This document shows, piece after piece, positions 1-14,015 of a DNA stretch of 64,000 nt. Position numbers and translations under genes: made by a program. The DNA is from Antedon mediterranea. Lineage: Eukaryota > Animalia > Echinodermata. The notes beneath the pieces are model-generated. The model ran no database searches, was not told the DNA's origin, and saw only the letters and a program-made list of their open reading frames with translations. The first letter of the stretch is position 1. Every line of letters begins with the position of its first letter. Where the stretch lies: NCBI RefSeq assembly GCF_964355755.1, contig NC_092671.1, forward strand, positions 23,510,070-23,574,069. The letters run 5' to 3'.

Positions 1-332
1 TGCCGATCGTGTGACGTACCTGAGACTACATGGAGGGGCTTCCCCTTTTATGCCTACACGTTCCGTGTTATTTTGTGTATCATTGCGACATTTTACGCAC
101 TTTTAAACTATTTTTTAACGTTTGGGGCGACTTTGCGATGGGGCGACTTTGTGTTGGGGCGACTTTGGGATGGGGCGACTTTGCGTTGGGGCGACTTTGC
201 GATGGGGCGACTTTGCAATGGGGCGACTGTGTCAGGGCGACTTTGTTTTGGGGCGACTTTGCGATGGGGCGACTGTGTATGGGGCGACTTTGTATGGGGC
301 GACTTTGCGATGGGGCGACTTGACTAGCATCC
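1..332 (-). mobile_element. End of a MULE-like non-autonomous element (inverted copy of 40855-41183) with 13 subterminal GGGGCGACTTTGCGAT-type repeats
   Basis: 1-332 is a near-exact reverse complement of 40855-41183; it ends ...GACTTGACTAGCATCC. Confidence 0.8.
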
Positions 333-719
333 CAATATCCGTTTGTGGCTGCCTATACAGTATTATATTATTAAAATTCTAGGCCTATTATTATAATTAC
401 AATGACGTTCAGTACTACTATTAATATTTATTATTATATTTACAGTGAGTATAGTATTAGGCCTCTAATATGTATAAATCTGTCACTCGTGCAAAAAAGC
501 TGCTCACGTTTTGTCTTGTGGTTGCTGTCACGCATCAGTGAGCATCGGTGGCTTACCGAAGAGTCGATTGAGTCCGAAACGAACCGATGGAGGAACTCTC
601 GTACGGAAAAAAAAATCGCGTCCCGCTAACCCTCTGTTGACCGCTTGGCGAATGCACGAAATAAACAAAGTTTTTGAAGTAATAATTGAATATAAAATAA
701 CGTTTCAGTAATTGATTTT

Positions 720-1260
720 CATATAGTAGGCCCTAGGGTATATCAGCATTGCCAGTATCAATAAAATACGGATAGTTAAACACCTTTAAAAACTTGATAA
801 ATACCACAACAAGTGTGTATAAATTTGGTCTAGGCCTAGGGCCTAGGCCTAGCCTAGGCCTAGGAATCGTCCTCTCTGAATTCGAGAAAATGTCATAGCA
901 ACGACGACAACACAACAAAACGGGACAAACACGTACAACAACCAAGAATATAATCGAATACTCATTTCACACACAAATGACCTGGACAGCCTACAGTACA
1001 ACTTTGATCTCTTTGTTTTGAAGGTAACTGTAAGTAGTACCAGGCCTACTACGTTCTCTAGGCAAAGCTTAGCTAGGCCTAGTAGGCTATGTTATGTATC
1101 GTTAAATAGGCCTATACCTAGGCCCTAATAAGGCCTAGCCTACTACCTACTAGGCCTAGCTAGTAGGAGGCTAGCCTAGGCTAGGCCTAACCGAACATTG
1201 GAAATTACTTAGGCCCTAGGCTACTGTAACATCATGTCCTAGTAGGCTAGGCTAGTAGAA
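720..1260 (+). promoter_or_regulatory. Putative promoter and first non-coding exon of FAIM (exon ending 1023, donor GTAACT), flanked by TAGGCCTA/CCTAGG clusters
   Basis: AAG|GTAACT donor at 1023/1024; unique sequence 865-1023 lies between dense AGGCCT/CCTAGG palindrome clusters. Linkage to FAIM is inference. Confidence 0.4.
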
Positions 1261-1326
1261 CTCAATTATAAACTATAATGGAACGGATTTACAAACGATA
1301 CACTTCTTAATAATAATTAATAATAA

Positions 1327-4300
1327 CTAGACATGTAACTCGTCACTTTGACGAGTTTGGTTATCCGCCGCGCAAGTGGTGCAACATTAACATTAAGGGG
1401 ATAGGTTGAGGACAAAAGGAAGTGTTGACGTTGGCATTATGACCTGAACTGAAGAATATGATATGTTGTTATTGCTGAATTTTTTTGTTTAAATTCATAT
1501 ATAGTTTACACAGTATAATCTGTATCCATATCACATACAGTGTAGAATAGGTGAAATTACGGGACCCGCTATTTATTGCAATTTTTAACATGTTGACGGT
1601 TTTAAAATGAAACGCGAAGGTAGCAATTCCGAAAGGAAATTATCTCAGCAACAACGTATTAGCGTGTAAAAGAAATTTGAATACGTGAAATATTGATGCG
1701 CGCTCTTTTAAATGTAATGAATTATGACGCAAAAGATGAAAATACGACCTTTTTTATTTAACTGGCCATATGATAACGTCACAACATCCGATTGGCAACA
1801 TTTTAACATAATTTCGTATCTACAATCCAATAGCTTCCAGAAAAAGTTTTAATCGTGATTATCACATTTTATTCTTACGAGCTATAACAGATTAAAATTT
1901 ACTGTAAAGATGAAATTGATGCCACACGTGATTTAAATTTTTAGGCATGACGACGTCAAAAAAATTAAAATATTTTTAACTCATGCGAAAGATAGTTGAT
2001 TGACCTAGACAATATCAAAATCGGGGTGAAAATGGAAAACGGATAAGTGGAGATGCGCTCTATTCAATGTGATGAGCTATGACGAAAGATACAAAAATCC
2101 TAAATTTTATATTCGCGTGGCCATACGATGACGTCACAATGTCCGGTTAGCCATATTAATACCTGATCCGACATCTACAACTCATCTACTTCCAGAATAT
2201 GTCATCCACAAAAAGTTGACCGTCTAGTTTAGAAATTACGACTGTTTAAAAAAAGGCATATTTTAAACGAATTTTTTAACCTTTTCATAAAAAACGCGCG
2301 CAAATTGTCCAATTCGACGTGCTCGTATGACGTATCTTTAAGTCGAAATTGTTTAAAATTTGGTAAAATTACTAGAAAAGGCTGGAAAAACATAAATCAC
2401 GCGAAAAAAATACGTTTTCAATGCTACGTGCGCACCGCACACGTAAAAATGTGCGCACGCGTGGGAATTTTTGACATGCTTAAAACGACATGAAACACGT
2501 AGAAAGTTGATTATAAATTAATTTTGCGCATTTTGAAATTTTAAATGCGCGTGCGCGCGTAACTTTGTGTAAAACACGCAATTTTTTTTCAACAGAAAGT
2601 TAGCGCATGATATAAATTAAACTTTTGCAAAGTTTCACTTTAAAATGTTATTTGGTTTTCGACATATGTTAAATACGAGAAAATCGTTAAATCGCGCGTA
2701 CGTCACGTTGCGCAATTGTAAACATCATGAAAAGCTTCGCTTGACGACGTTACATAAATGTCAAAATGTTAACATAGTTCACAAAATGTTATGTTTGCAA
2801 GTTTTAGAGAAAAGCGTGCCACAAAAATCATACAGAAAGAAAGAGGAGAAACTAGACATGAAACTCGTCACTTTGACGAGTTAGTTATCCGCACGACAAA
2901 CGCCACGAGCACGTCATACGTTGGAATATTGCACACAGAAAAAGATTATGGCATTATGACCTGGACTGAACAATATGATTATGTTGTTATTGCTGAATTC
3001 TGTTATTTTGTGTCATATAGTATACACAGTATAATCTGTATACATATCACAATCACATACAGTGTAGAATAGGGGAAAATACGGGACCCGCTATTTATTC
3101 CAATTTTTAACATGCTGACGGTTTCAAAATGAAACGCGAAGGTAGCAATTTCGAAAGGAAATTATCTCAGCAACAACATATTAGCGTGTACAAGAAATTT
3201 GAATACGTGAAATATTGATGCGCGCTCTTTTAAATGTAATGAATTATAACGCAAAAGATGAAAATACGACTTTTTTTATATAACTGGCCATATGATGACG
3301 TCACAACATCCGATTAGCAAAATGTTCACATGATTTCGTATCTACAATTCAATAGCTTCCAGAAAACGTTTTAATCATGATTATCACATTTCATTCTTAC
3401 GAGCTATAACAGATTAAATTTTACTGTAAATATGAAATTTATGCCACACGTAATTTAAATTTTTAGGCATGATGACGTCATAAAAATAAAAATATTTTTA
3501 ACTCGTGCGAAAGATAGTTGATCGACCTAGACAATATCAAAATCGGGGTGAAAATGGAAAACGGATAAGTGTAGATGCGCTCTATTAAATGTGATGAGCT
3601 ATGAAGAAAGATACAAAAATCCTAAATTTTATATTCGCGTGGCCTTACGATGACATCACAATGTCCTGTTAGCCATATTAATGCATGATCCGATATCTAC
3701 AACTCATCAACTTCCAGAATATGTAATAAAAATAACTTTCATTGTTTAGTATAGAAATTACGACTGTTTAAAAAAAGGCTTAATTTTGACGAATTTTTTA
3801 TTTTTTTCATCAAAAACCCGTGCAAATTGTTCAATTCTACGTGCTCGTATAACGTCATTTTAAGTCAAAATTGTTTAAAAGTTTGTAAAATTACTAGAAA
3901 AGGCTGGAAAAACATAAATCACTCGAAAAAAGAATGTTTTTAACGCTACGTGCGCACCGCGCGCGTAAAAAATTGCGGGCGCGTGGGAATTTTTGACATG
4001 CTCAAAATGACATAAAACGCGTAGAAAGTCGATTAGAAATTGTTATTTCGCATTTTCAAATTTTAAATGCGCGTGCGCGCGTAAATTTGTGTAAAACTCG
4101 CAATTTTTTTTCCACAGAAAGTTAGCGCACGATATAAATTAAACTTCTGCAAAGTTTCAATTCAAAATGTTATTTGGTTTTTGACCTATGTTAAATACGC
4201 GAAATTCATAAAATCGCGCGTAAGTCACGTTGCGCAACTCTGACGTCATTCAAAAATAGGAGGTGCACAACTTCACATAAATGCCCACATGTTGTCAAAG

Positions 4301-7300
4301 TTATGAAATGTTACGTTTACACATGTTAGAGAAACGCTCTACACAAAAATGGAAGGAAAGAAATAAGAACTAGACATGTAACTCGTCACTTTGACGAGTT
4401 TGGTTATCCGCCGCGCAAGTGGTGCAACATTAACATTAAGGGGATAGGTTGAGGACAAAAGGAAGTGTTCACGTTGGCATTATGACCTGAACTGAAGAAT
4501 ATGATATGTTGTTATTGCTGAATTTTATTATTTAAATTCATATATAGTATACACAGTATAATCTGTATCCATATCACATACAGTGTAGAATAGGTGAAAT
4601 TACGGGACCCGCTATTTATTGCAATTTTTAACATGTTGACGGTTTTAAAATGAAACGCGAAGGTAGCAATTCCGAAAGGAAATTATCTCAGCAACAACGT
4701 ATTAGCGTGTAGAAGAAATTTGAATACGTGAAATATTGATGCGCGCTCTTTTAAATGTATTGAATTATGACGCAAAAGATGAAAATACGACCTTTTTTAT
4801 ATAACTGGCCATATGATGACGTCACAACATCCGATTGGCAACATTTTTACATAATTTCGTATCTACAATCCAATAGCTTCCAGAAAAAGTTTTAATCGTG
4901 ATTATCACATTTTATTCTTATGAGATATAACAGATTAAAATTTACTGTAAAGATGAAATTAATGCCACACGTGATTTAAATTTTTAGGCATGATGACGTC
5001 AAAAAAATTAAAATATTTTTAACTCCTGCGAAAGATACTTGATTGACCTAGACAATATCAAAATCGGGGTGAAAATGGAAAACGGATAAGTGGAGATGCG
5101 CTCTATTCAATGTGATGAGCTATGACGAAAGGTACAAAAATCCTAAATTTTATATTCGCGTGGCCATACGATGACGTCACAATGTCCGGTTAGCCATATT
5201 AATACCTGATCCGATATCTACAACTCATCTACTTCCAGAATATGCCATCCACAAAAAGTTGACCGTCTAGTTTAGAAATTACGACTGTTTAAAAAAAGGC
5301 ATATTTTAAACAAATTTTTTAACGTTTTCATAAAAAACGCGCGCAAATTGTCCAATTCGACGTGCTCGTATGACGTATCTTTAAGTCGAAATTGTTTAAA
5401 ATTTGGTAAAATTACTAGAAAAGGCTGGAAAAATATAAATCACGCGAAAAAAATACGTTTTCAATGCTACGTGCGCACCGCACACGTAAAAATGTGCGCA
5501 CGCGTGGGAATTTTTGACATGCTTAAAACGACATGAATCGCGTAGAAAGTTGATTATAAATTAATTTTGCGCATTTTGAAATTTCAAATGCGCCTGCGCG
5601 CGTAACTTTGTGTAAAACACGCAATTTTTTTTGAACAGAAAGTTAGCGCATGATATAAATTAAACTTTTGCAAAGTTTCAAGTTGAAATGTTATTTGGTT
5701 GTCGAGCTATGTTAAATACGACAAAATCGTTAAATCGCGCGTAAGTCACGTTGCGCAATTGTAAACATCATGAAAAGCTTCGCTGCACATCTTCATGTGC
5801 ATGACGATATGTTGAGAAAGTTACAAAATGTTATGTTTGCAAGTTTTAGAGAAAAGCGATCCACAAAAATCATACAGAAAGAAAGAAGAGAAACTAGACA
5901 TGTAACTCGTCACTTTGACGAGTTAGTTATCCGCACGACAAACGCCACGTGCACGTCATACGTTAGAATATTGCACACAGAAAAAAATTATGGCATTATG
6001 ACCTGATCTGAAGAATATGATATGTTGTTAGTGCTGAATTCTGTCAATTTTGTGTCATATAGTATATACATGCAAACAGTATAATCTGTATACATGTTAC
6101 ATACAGTGTAGAATAGGTGAAATTACGGGACCCGCCATTTATTCAAATTTGTAACATGGCGACGGTATCAAGATGAAACACTAAGATATAGCAATTTCGG
6201 AAGCAAATTATCTCAGCAACAACATATTAACGTGTAGAAGAAATTTGAATACGTTTAATATTGATGCGCGCTCTTTTAAATATAATGAACTATGATGCAA
6301 AAGATGAAAATACGACTTTTTTTATTTAACTTGCAATATGATGACGTCACAGCATCTGATTGGCAAAATGTTCACATGATTTAATATCTACAATCCAAGA
6401 GCTTCCAGAAAATGTTTTAATCATGATTATCACATTTTATTTTGACGGGCTATTACAGATTAAAATTTACTGTAAAGATGAAATTAATGACCCACGTAAT
6501 TAAAATTTTTAGGCATGATGACGTCATAAAAATTAAAATATTTTTATCTCATGCGAAAGATAGTTGATTGACCTAGACAATATTAAAATCTCGGAGAAAA
6601 AGAAATACATATAAGCGTGATGCGCTCCATTGAATGTGATGAGCAATAACGAAAGACAAAAAAATCCTATATTTTACATTCGTGTGGCCATATGATGACG
6701 TCACAACATCCGTGAGGTAAAAATTCTGCATGAATTCATATCTACAACATATCTGCTTACATATTAAGTTAAAAAAATTAGGGGTAATCGTTGATCCTGA
6801 GAAGCTATAAAACATTCAAAATAGGCATAATTTTGACAACATTTTGTAACTTTTTCAACTAAAACGCGCGCAAATGGGCTAAATCAACGTGTTCGTATGA
6901 CGTAATTTTAATTTGAAATGATGTCAATCTTTTTGAAAATGACTAGGAAAGGCTGGAAAATCACAATTCAAGAGAAAAAAACATGATTTTCATGCTCTAT
7001 GCGCACCGTGCGCGTAATATTTTTCGCGCGCGCGGTAATTTTGTACATGCTTAAAATGACATGAAACGCGTAGAAAGTTGATTAGAAATTATTTTTGCGC
7101 ATTTTGAAATTTTAAATGCGCGTGCGCGCGTAACTTTGTGTAAAACACGCAATTTTTTTCCAACAGAAAGTTAGCGCATGATATAAATTAAACTTTCACA
7201 AAGTGTCAATTAAAAATCACTTTTAGTTTTTAATCTATGATCAATCATAAAAAATCATAAAATCGCGCGTAAGTCACGTTGCGCAACTCTGACGTAATTC

Positions 7301-10300
7301 AAAAATAGGAGGTGCACAACTTCACGTAAATGCCCACAGGTTGTCAAAGTTATAAAATGTTATGTTTACACATTTTAGAGAAACGCTCTACACAAAAATA
7401 GCGAGAAAGAAAGAAGAACTAGACATGTAACTCGTCACTTTGACGAGTTTGGTTATCCGCCGCGCAAGTGGTGCAACATTAACAATAAGGGGATAGGTTG
7501 AGGACAAAAGGAAGTGTTCACGTTGGCATTATGACCTGAACTGAAGAATATGATATGTTGTTATTGCTGAATTTTATTATATTATTTAAATTCATATATA
7601 GTATACACAGTCTAATCTGTATCCATATCACATACAGTGACATACAGTGTAGAATAGGTGAAATTACGGGACCCGCTATTTATTGCAATTTTTAACATGT
7701 TGACGGTTTTAAAATGAAACGCGAAGGTAGCAATTCCGAAAGGAAATTATCTCAGCAACAACGTATTAGCGTGTAGAAGAAATTTGAATACGTGAAATAT
7801 TGATGCGCGCTCTTTTAAATGTTATGAATTATGACGCAAAAGATGAAAATACGACCTTTTTTATTTAACTGGCCATATGATGACGTCACAACATCCGATT
7901 GGCAACATTTTTACATAATTTCGTATCTACAATCGAATAGCTTCCAGAAAAAGTTTTAATCGTGATTATCACATTTTATTCTTACGAGCTATAACAGATT
8001 AAAATTTACTGTAAAGATGAAATTGATGCCACACGTGATTTAAATTTTTAGGCATGATGACGTCAAAAAAATTAAAATATTTTTATCTCATGCGAAAGAT
8101 AGTTGATTGACCTAGACAATATCAAAATCGGGGTGAAAATGGAAAACGAATAAGTGGAGATGCGCTCTATTCAATGTGATGAGCTATGACGAAAGATACA
8201 AAAATCCTAAATTTTATATTCGCGTGGCCATACGATGACGTCACAATGTCCGGTTAGCCATATTAATACCTGATCCGATATCTACAACTCATCTACTTCC
8301 AGAATATGTCATCCACAAAAATTTGACCGTCTAGTTTAGAAATTACGACTGTTTAAAAAAAGGCATATTTTAAACGAATTTTTTAACCTTTTCATAAAAA
8401 ACGTGCGCAAATTGTCCAATTCGACGTGCTCGTATGACGTATCTTTAAGTCGAAATTGTTAAAAATTTGGTAAAATTACTAGAAAAGGCTGGAAAAACAT
8501 AAATCACGCGAAAAAAATACGTTTTCAATGCTACGTGCGCACCGCACACGTAGAAATGTGCGCACGCGTGGGAATTTTTGACATGCTTAAAACGACATGA
8601 AACGCGTAGAAAGTTGATTATAAATAAATTTTGCGCATTTTGAAATTTTAAATGTGCGTGCGCGCGTCACTTTGTGTAAAACACGCAATTTTTTTTCAAC
8701 AGAAAGTTAGCGCATGATATAAATTAAACTTTTGCAAAGTTTCACTTTAAAATGTTATTTGGTTTTCGACATATGTTAAATACGAGAAAATCGTTAAATC
8801 GCGCGTACGTCATGTTGCGCAATTGTAAACATCATGAAAAGCTTCGCTTGACGACGTTACGTAAATGTCAATATGTTAAGATAGTTACCGAAATGTTATG
8901 TTTGCGAGTTTTAGAGAAAAGCGTTACACAAAAATCATACAGAAAGAAAGAAGAAGAACTAGACATGTAACTCGTCACTTTGACGAGTTTGGTTATCCGC
9001 CGCGCAAGTGGTGCAACATTAACATTAAGGGGATAGGTTGAGGACAAAAGGAAGTGTTCACGTTGGCATTATGACCTGAACTGAAGAATATGATATGTTG
9101 TTATTGCTGAATTTTATTATTTAAATTCATATATAGTATATACACAGTATAATCTGTATCCATATCACATACAGTGTAGAATAGGTGAAATTACGGGACC
9201 CGCTATTTATTGCAATTTTTAACATGTTGACGGTTTTAAAATGAAACGCGAAGGTAGCAATTCCGAAAGGAAATTATCTCAGCAACAACGTATTAGCGTG
9301 TAGAAGAAATTTGAATACGTGAAATATTGATGCGCGCTCTTTTAAATGTAATGAATTATGACGCAAAAGATGAAAATACGACCTTTTTTATTTAACTGGC
9401 CATATGATGACGTCACAACATCCGATTGGCAACATTTTTACATAATTTCGTATCTACAATCCAATAGCTTCCAGAAAAAATTTTAATCGTGATTATCACA
9501 TTTTATTCTTACGAGCTATAACAGATTAAAATTTACTGTAAAGATGAAATTAATGCCACACGTGATTTAAATTTTTAGGCATGATGACGTCAAAAAAATT
9601 AAAATATTTTTAACTCATGCGAAAGATACTTGATTGACCTAGACAAAATAAAAATCGGGGTGAAAATGGAAAACGGATAAGTGGAGATGCGCTCTATTCA
9701 ATGTGATGAGCTATGACGAAAGATACAAAAATCCTAAATTTTATATTCGCATGGCCATACGATGACGTCATAATGTCCGGTTAGCCATATTAATACCTGA
9801 TCCGATATCTACAACTCATCTACTTCCAGAATATGCCATCCATAAAAAGTTGACCGTCTAGTTTAGAAATTACGACTGTTTAAAAAAAGGCATATTTTAA
9901 ACGAATTTTTTAACCTTTTCATAAAAAACGCGCGCAAATTGTCCAATTCGACGTGCTCGTATGACGTATCTTTAAGTCGAAATTGATTAAAATTTGGTAA
10001 AATTACTAGAAAAGGCTGGAAAAATATAAATCACGCGAAAAAAGTACGTTTTCAATACTACGTGCGCACCGCACACGTAAAAATGTGCGCACGCGTGGGA
10101 ATTTTTGACATGCTTAAAACGACATGAAACGCGTAGAAAGTTGATTAGAAATTAATTTTGCGCATTTTGAAATTTTAAATGCGCGTGCGCGCGTAACTTT
10201 GTGTAAAACACGCAAGTTTTTTCCAACAGAAAGTTAGCGCATGATATAAATTAAACTTTTGCAAAGTTTCAAGTTGAAATGTTATTTGGTTGTCGAGCTA

Positions 10301-13300
10301 TGTTAAATACGACAAAATCGTTAAATCGCGCGTAAGTCACGTTGCGCAATTGTAAACGTCAGGAAAAGCTTCGCTTGACGACGTTACGTAAATGTCAATA
10401 TGTTAAGATAGTTACCGAAATGTTATGTTTGCGAGTTTTAGAGAAAAGCGTTACACAAAAATCATACAGAATGATTTCGTACAATCACAAGAGGTTATCC
10501 TGCAACTTCGTTGCGGATAACCAATAAAAAGTTGATGATGATGATGATGATGATTTCGTACAATCACAAGAGGTTATCCTGCAACTTCGTTGCGGATAAC
10601 CTATAATACAGAAAAAAATATTGATCCCATACAATAACAAGGAGTTATCCGCCAAGTGCGGATAACTAACTAGACATGAAACTCGTCACATTGACGAGTT
10701 AGTTATCCGCACCACGACAAACGCCACGTGCACGTCATACGTTGGAATATTGCACACAGATAAAGATTATGGCATTATGACAAGAACTGAAGAATATGAT
10801 ATGCTGTTAGTGCTTAATTCTGTCAATTTTGTGTCATATAGTATATACATGCAAACAGTATAATCTGTATACATATTACATACAGTGTAGAATAGGTGAA
10901 ATTACGGGACCCGCCATTTATTCCATTTTTAACATGGCAATGGTATCAAAATTAAACACTTAGATAGCAATTTGAGAAGGAAATTATCTCAGGAACAACA
11001 TATTAACGTGTAGAAGAAATTTGAATACGTAAAATATAGATGCGCACCCTTTTAAATGTGATGAACTATTACGCAAAATATGAAAATACGTCTTTTTTTA
11101 TTCAACTGGCCATATGATGACGTCACAACATCCGATTGGCAAAATGTTTACATGAATTCGTATCTACAATCCAATAGCTTCCAGAAAACGTTTTAATCGT
11201 GATTATCACATTTTATTCTGATGAGCTATAACAGATTAAAATTTACTGTAAAGATAAATATAAGTGACCCACGTTATTTACATTTTTATACATGACGACG
11301 TCATAAAAATTAAAAAAATGTTTACTCTTGCGTAAGATAGTTGATTGACCTAGAAAATTTCAAAATCTGGGTTAAAATGGAATACGGATAAGTGGAGAGG
11401 CGCTCTATTAAATGAGATGCGCTATGACGAAAGATACAAAAATCCTATATTTTATATTCGCGTGGCCATACGATGACGTCACAATGTCCGGTTTGCCATA
11501 TCAATGCATAATTACTTATCTACAACTTATCATCTTCCTGGATATGTAATTTAAACAAAGTTCACCTCGTAGTTTAGAATCTATGATTGTTTAAAAAAAG
11601 GTATAATTTTGACAAATTTTTGAACTTTTTCCTCAAAAACGCACATAAATTATTCAATTCGACGTGCCCGTATGACGTAATTTGAAGTCGAAATTGTTTC
11701 AAAGTTGGTAAAATTACTATAAAAGGCTTGAAAACATAAATCACGAGAGAAAAATTGTTTTCAACGCTACGTTCGCACCGCGCGCGTAAAAAAAAGCGCG
11801 CGCGTGGGAATTTTTTACATGCTTAAAATGACATGAAACGCGTAGAAAGTTGATTAGAAATTGATTTTTCGCAATTTGAAATTTTAAACGGGCGTGCGCG
11901 CGTAACTTCGTGTGAAACATGCCATTTTTTCCCCATAGTCAGTTAGCGCAAGATATAACTTAAACTTTTTTTCAGTTTCAATTTAAATTGTTATATGGTT
12001 TTCGATCTATGTTAAATACGCGAAATTCGGAAAAACGCGCGTAATTCATGTTGCGCAACTCTGACGTCATTCAAAAATAGGAGGTGCACAATTTCACGTA
12101 AATACCCACATGTTGACAAAGTTATGAAATGTTATGTTTACACGTTTTTGAGTTACGCGAGACACAAAAATGACAGAAAGAAAGAAGAATACAGAAAAAA
12201 AACTAGACATGAAACTCGTCACTTTGACGAGTTAGTTATCCGCACGACAAACGCCACATGCACGTCATACATTGGACACATAAAAAGATTATGGCATATT
12301 GACATGAACTGAAGAGTATAATATGTTGTTAGTGCTAAATGCTGTATATTTTGTGTCATATACTATCTACAGTATACATAGTATAATCTGTATACATATT
12401 AATACAGTGTAGGATAGGCGAAATTACGGGTCCCGTCATTTATTCCAATTTTTAACATGGTGACGGTATGAAAATGAAACACTGATATAGCAATTTCGGA
12501 AAGAATTTATCTCAGCAACAACATATTAACGTGTAGAAGAAATTTTAATACGTAAAATATTAATGCGCGCTCTTTTAAATGTAATGAACTATGACGCAAA
12601 ATATGAAAATACGACTTTTTTTATTTAACTGGCCATATGATGACGTCACAACATCCGATTTGCCAAATTTTTACATGATTTTGTATCTACAATCCAATAG
12701 CTTCCAGAAAACGTTTTAATCGTGATTATCACATTTTATTCTTACGAGCTATAACAGATTAAAATTTTCTGTAAAGATGAAATTAATGCCACATGTAATT
12801 TAGATTTTTAGGCATGATGACGTCATAATAATTAAAATATTTTTAACTCATGCGAAAGATAGTTGATTGACCTAGACAATATCAAAATCGGGGTGAAAAT
12901 GGAAAATGGATAAGTGGAGATGCGCTCTATTAAATGTGATGAGCTATGACGAAAGATACAAAAATCCTCAATTTTATATTCGCGTGGCTATACGATGACG
13001 TTAAAATGTCCGGTTTGCCATATTAATACATGATCCGATATCTACAACTCATCAACTTCCGGAATATGTCATTCACAAAAAGTTGACCGTGTAGTTTAGA
13101 AATTACGACTGTTTAAAAAAAGGCATAATTTTGACAAATTTTTGTACTTTTTCATCAAAAACGTGCGCAAATTGTCCAATTCGACGTGCTCGTATGACGT
13201 AACTTTAAGTCGAAAGTGTTTAAAAGTTGGTGAAATTACTATAAAAGGCTGGAAAAACATAAATCACTTGAAAAAAATATGTTTTTAATGCTACGTGCGC

Positions 13301-14010
13301 ACCGCACACGTAAAAATGTGCGCACGCGTGGGAATTTTTTACATGCTTAAAATGACATGAAACGCGTAGAAAGTTGATTAGAAATTAATTTTGCGCATTT
13401 TGAAATTTTAAATGCACGTGCACGCGTAACTTTTTGTAAAACATGCCATTTTTAGTGCACTAACAGTTTGCCCTTCATATGACTTAAATTTTCATAAAGG
13501 GTAAAAAAAAAATTACTCTTGGTTTTTAAGCTATGATCGATCATTAAAAATCATAAAATCGCGCGCAAGTCACGTTGCGCAACTCTGACGTCATTCAAAA
13601 TAGGAGATGCACAACTTAACGTAAATGCCCACATGTTGTCAAAGTTATAAAATGTTATGTTTACACATTTTAGAGAAACGTGACTCACAAAAAAATGGGA
13701 AAGAAATAAGAAGAATACAGAAAAAAAAAAAAAAAATATTGATCCACTACAATCACAAGGAGTTATCCGCTACTAAGCGGATAACTAAAAAAAAAAAGAT
13801 GATGAAACAGGACAGTTACAAGGAGTTATCCGCTCAATGCGGATAACTAATAAAAAGTTGATGATGTTGATGATGATTTCGTACAATCACAAGAGGTTAT
13901 CCTGCAACTTCGTTGCGGATAACCAAAAAGTTGATGATGATGATGATGATGATGATGATTTCGTACAATCACAAGAGGTTATCCTGCAACTTCGTTGCGG
14001 ATAACCAATA
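1327..14010 (-). mobile_element. Nested array of 8 non-autonomous Helentron/Helitron-like (HINE/DINE-1-type) elements of about 1.5 kb each
   Basis: Units begin CTAG on + at 1327, 2852, 4370, 5894, 7419, 8959, 10670, 12203. On - each ends subTIR GCGGATAAC + hairpin AACTCGTCA-AAG-TGACGAGTT + 6 nt + CTAG. Seven opposite-end modules (palindrome containing GCGGATAAC, four with a (GAT)n tract) sit at 10471-10668 and 13716-14010. Junctions are at AA/TT with no TSD. Confidence 0.8.
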
Positions 14011-14015
14011 ATGGC

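Noticed and set aside
30-382. ORFs with repeating WGDFAMGRLCDGATL peptides (also 40649-41158 and 42644-43061)
   Set aside because: Open in several frames only because the 16-bp TIR repeat lacks stops; not genes.
2305-13846. Recurring 60-90-aa ORFs in the 1.5-kb units
   Set aside because: Not maintained across units and no recognisable motifs; products of a non-coding repeat.
10471-14010. Palindromic repeats with variable spacers resembling a CRISPR array
   Set aside because: Eukaryotic context, no cas genes, spacers are microsatellite; explained as stacked Helentron termini.
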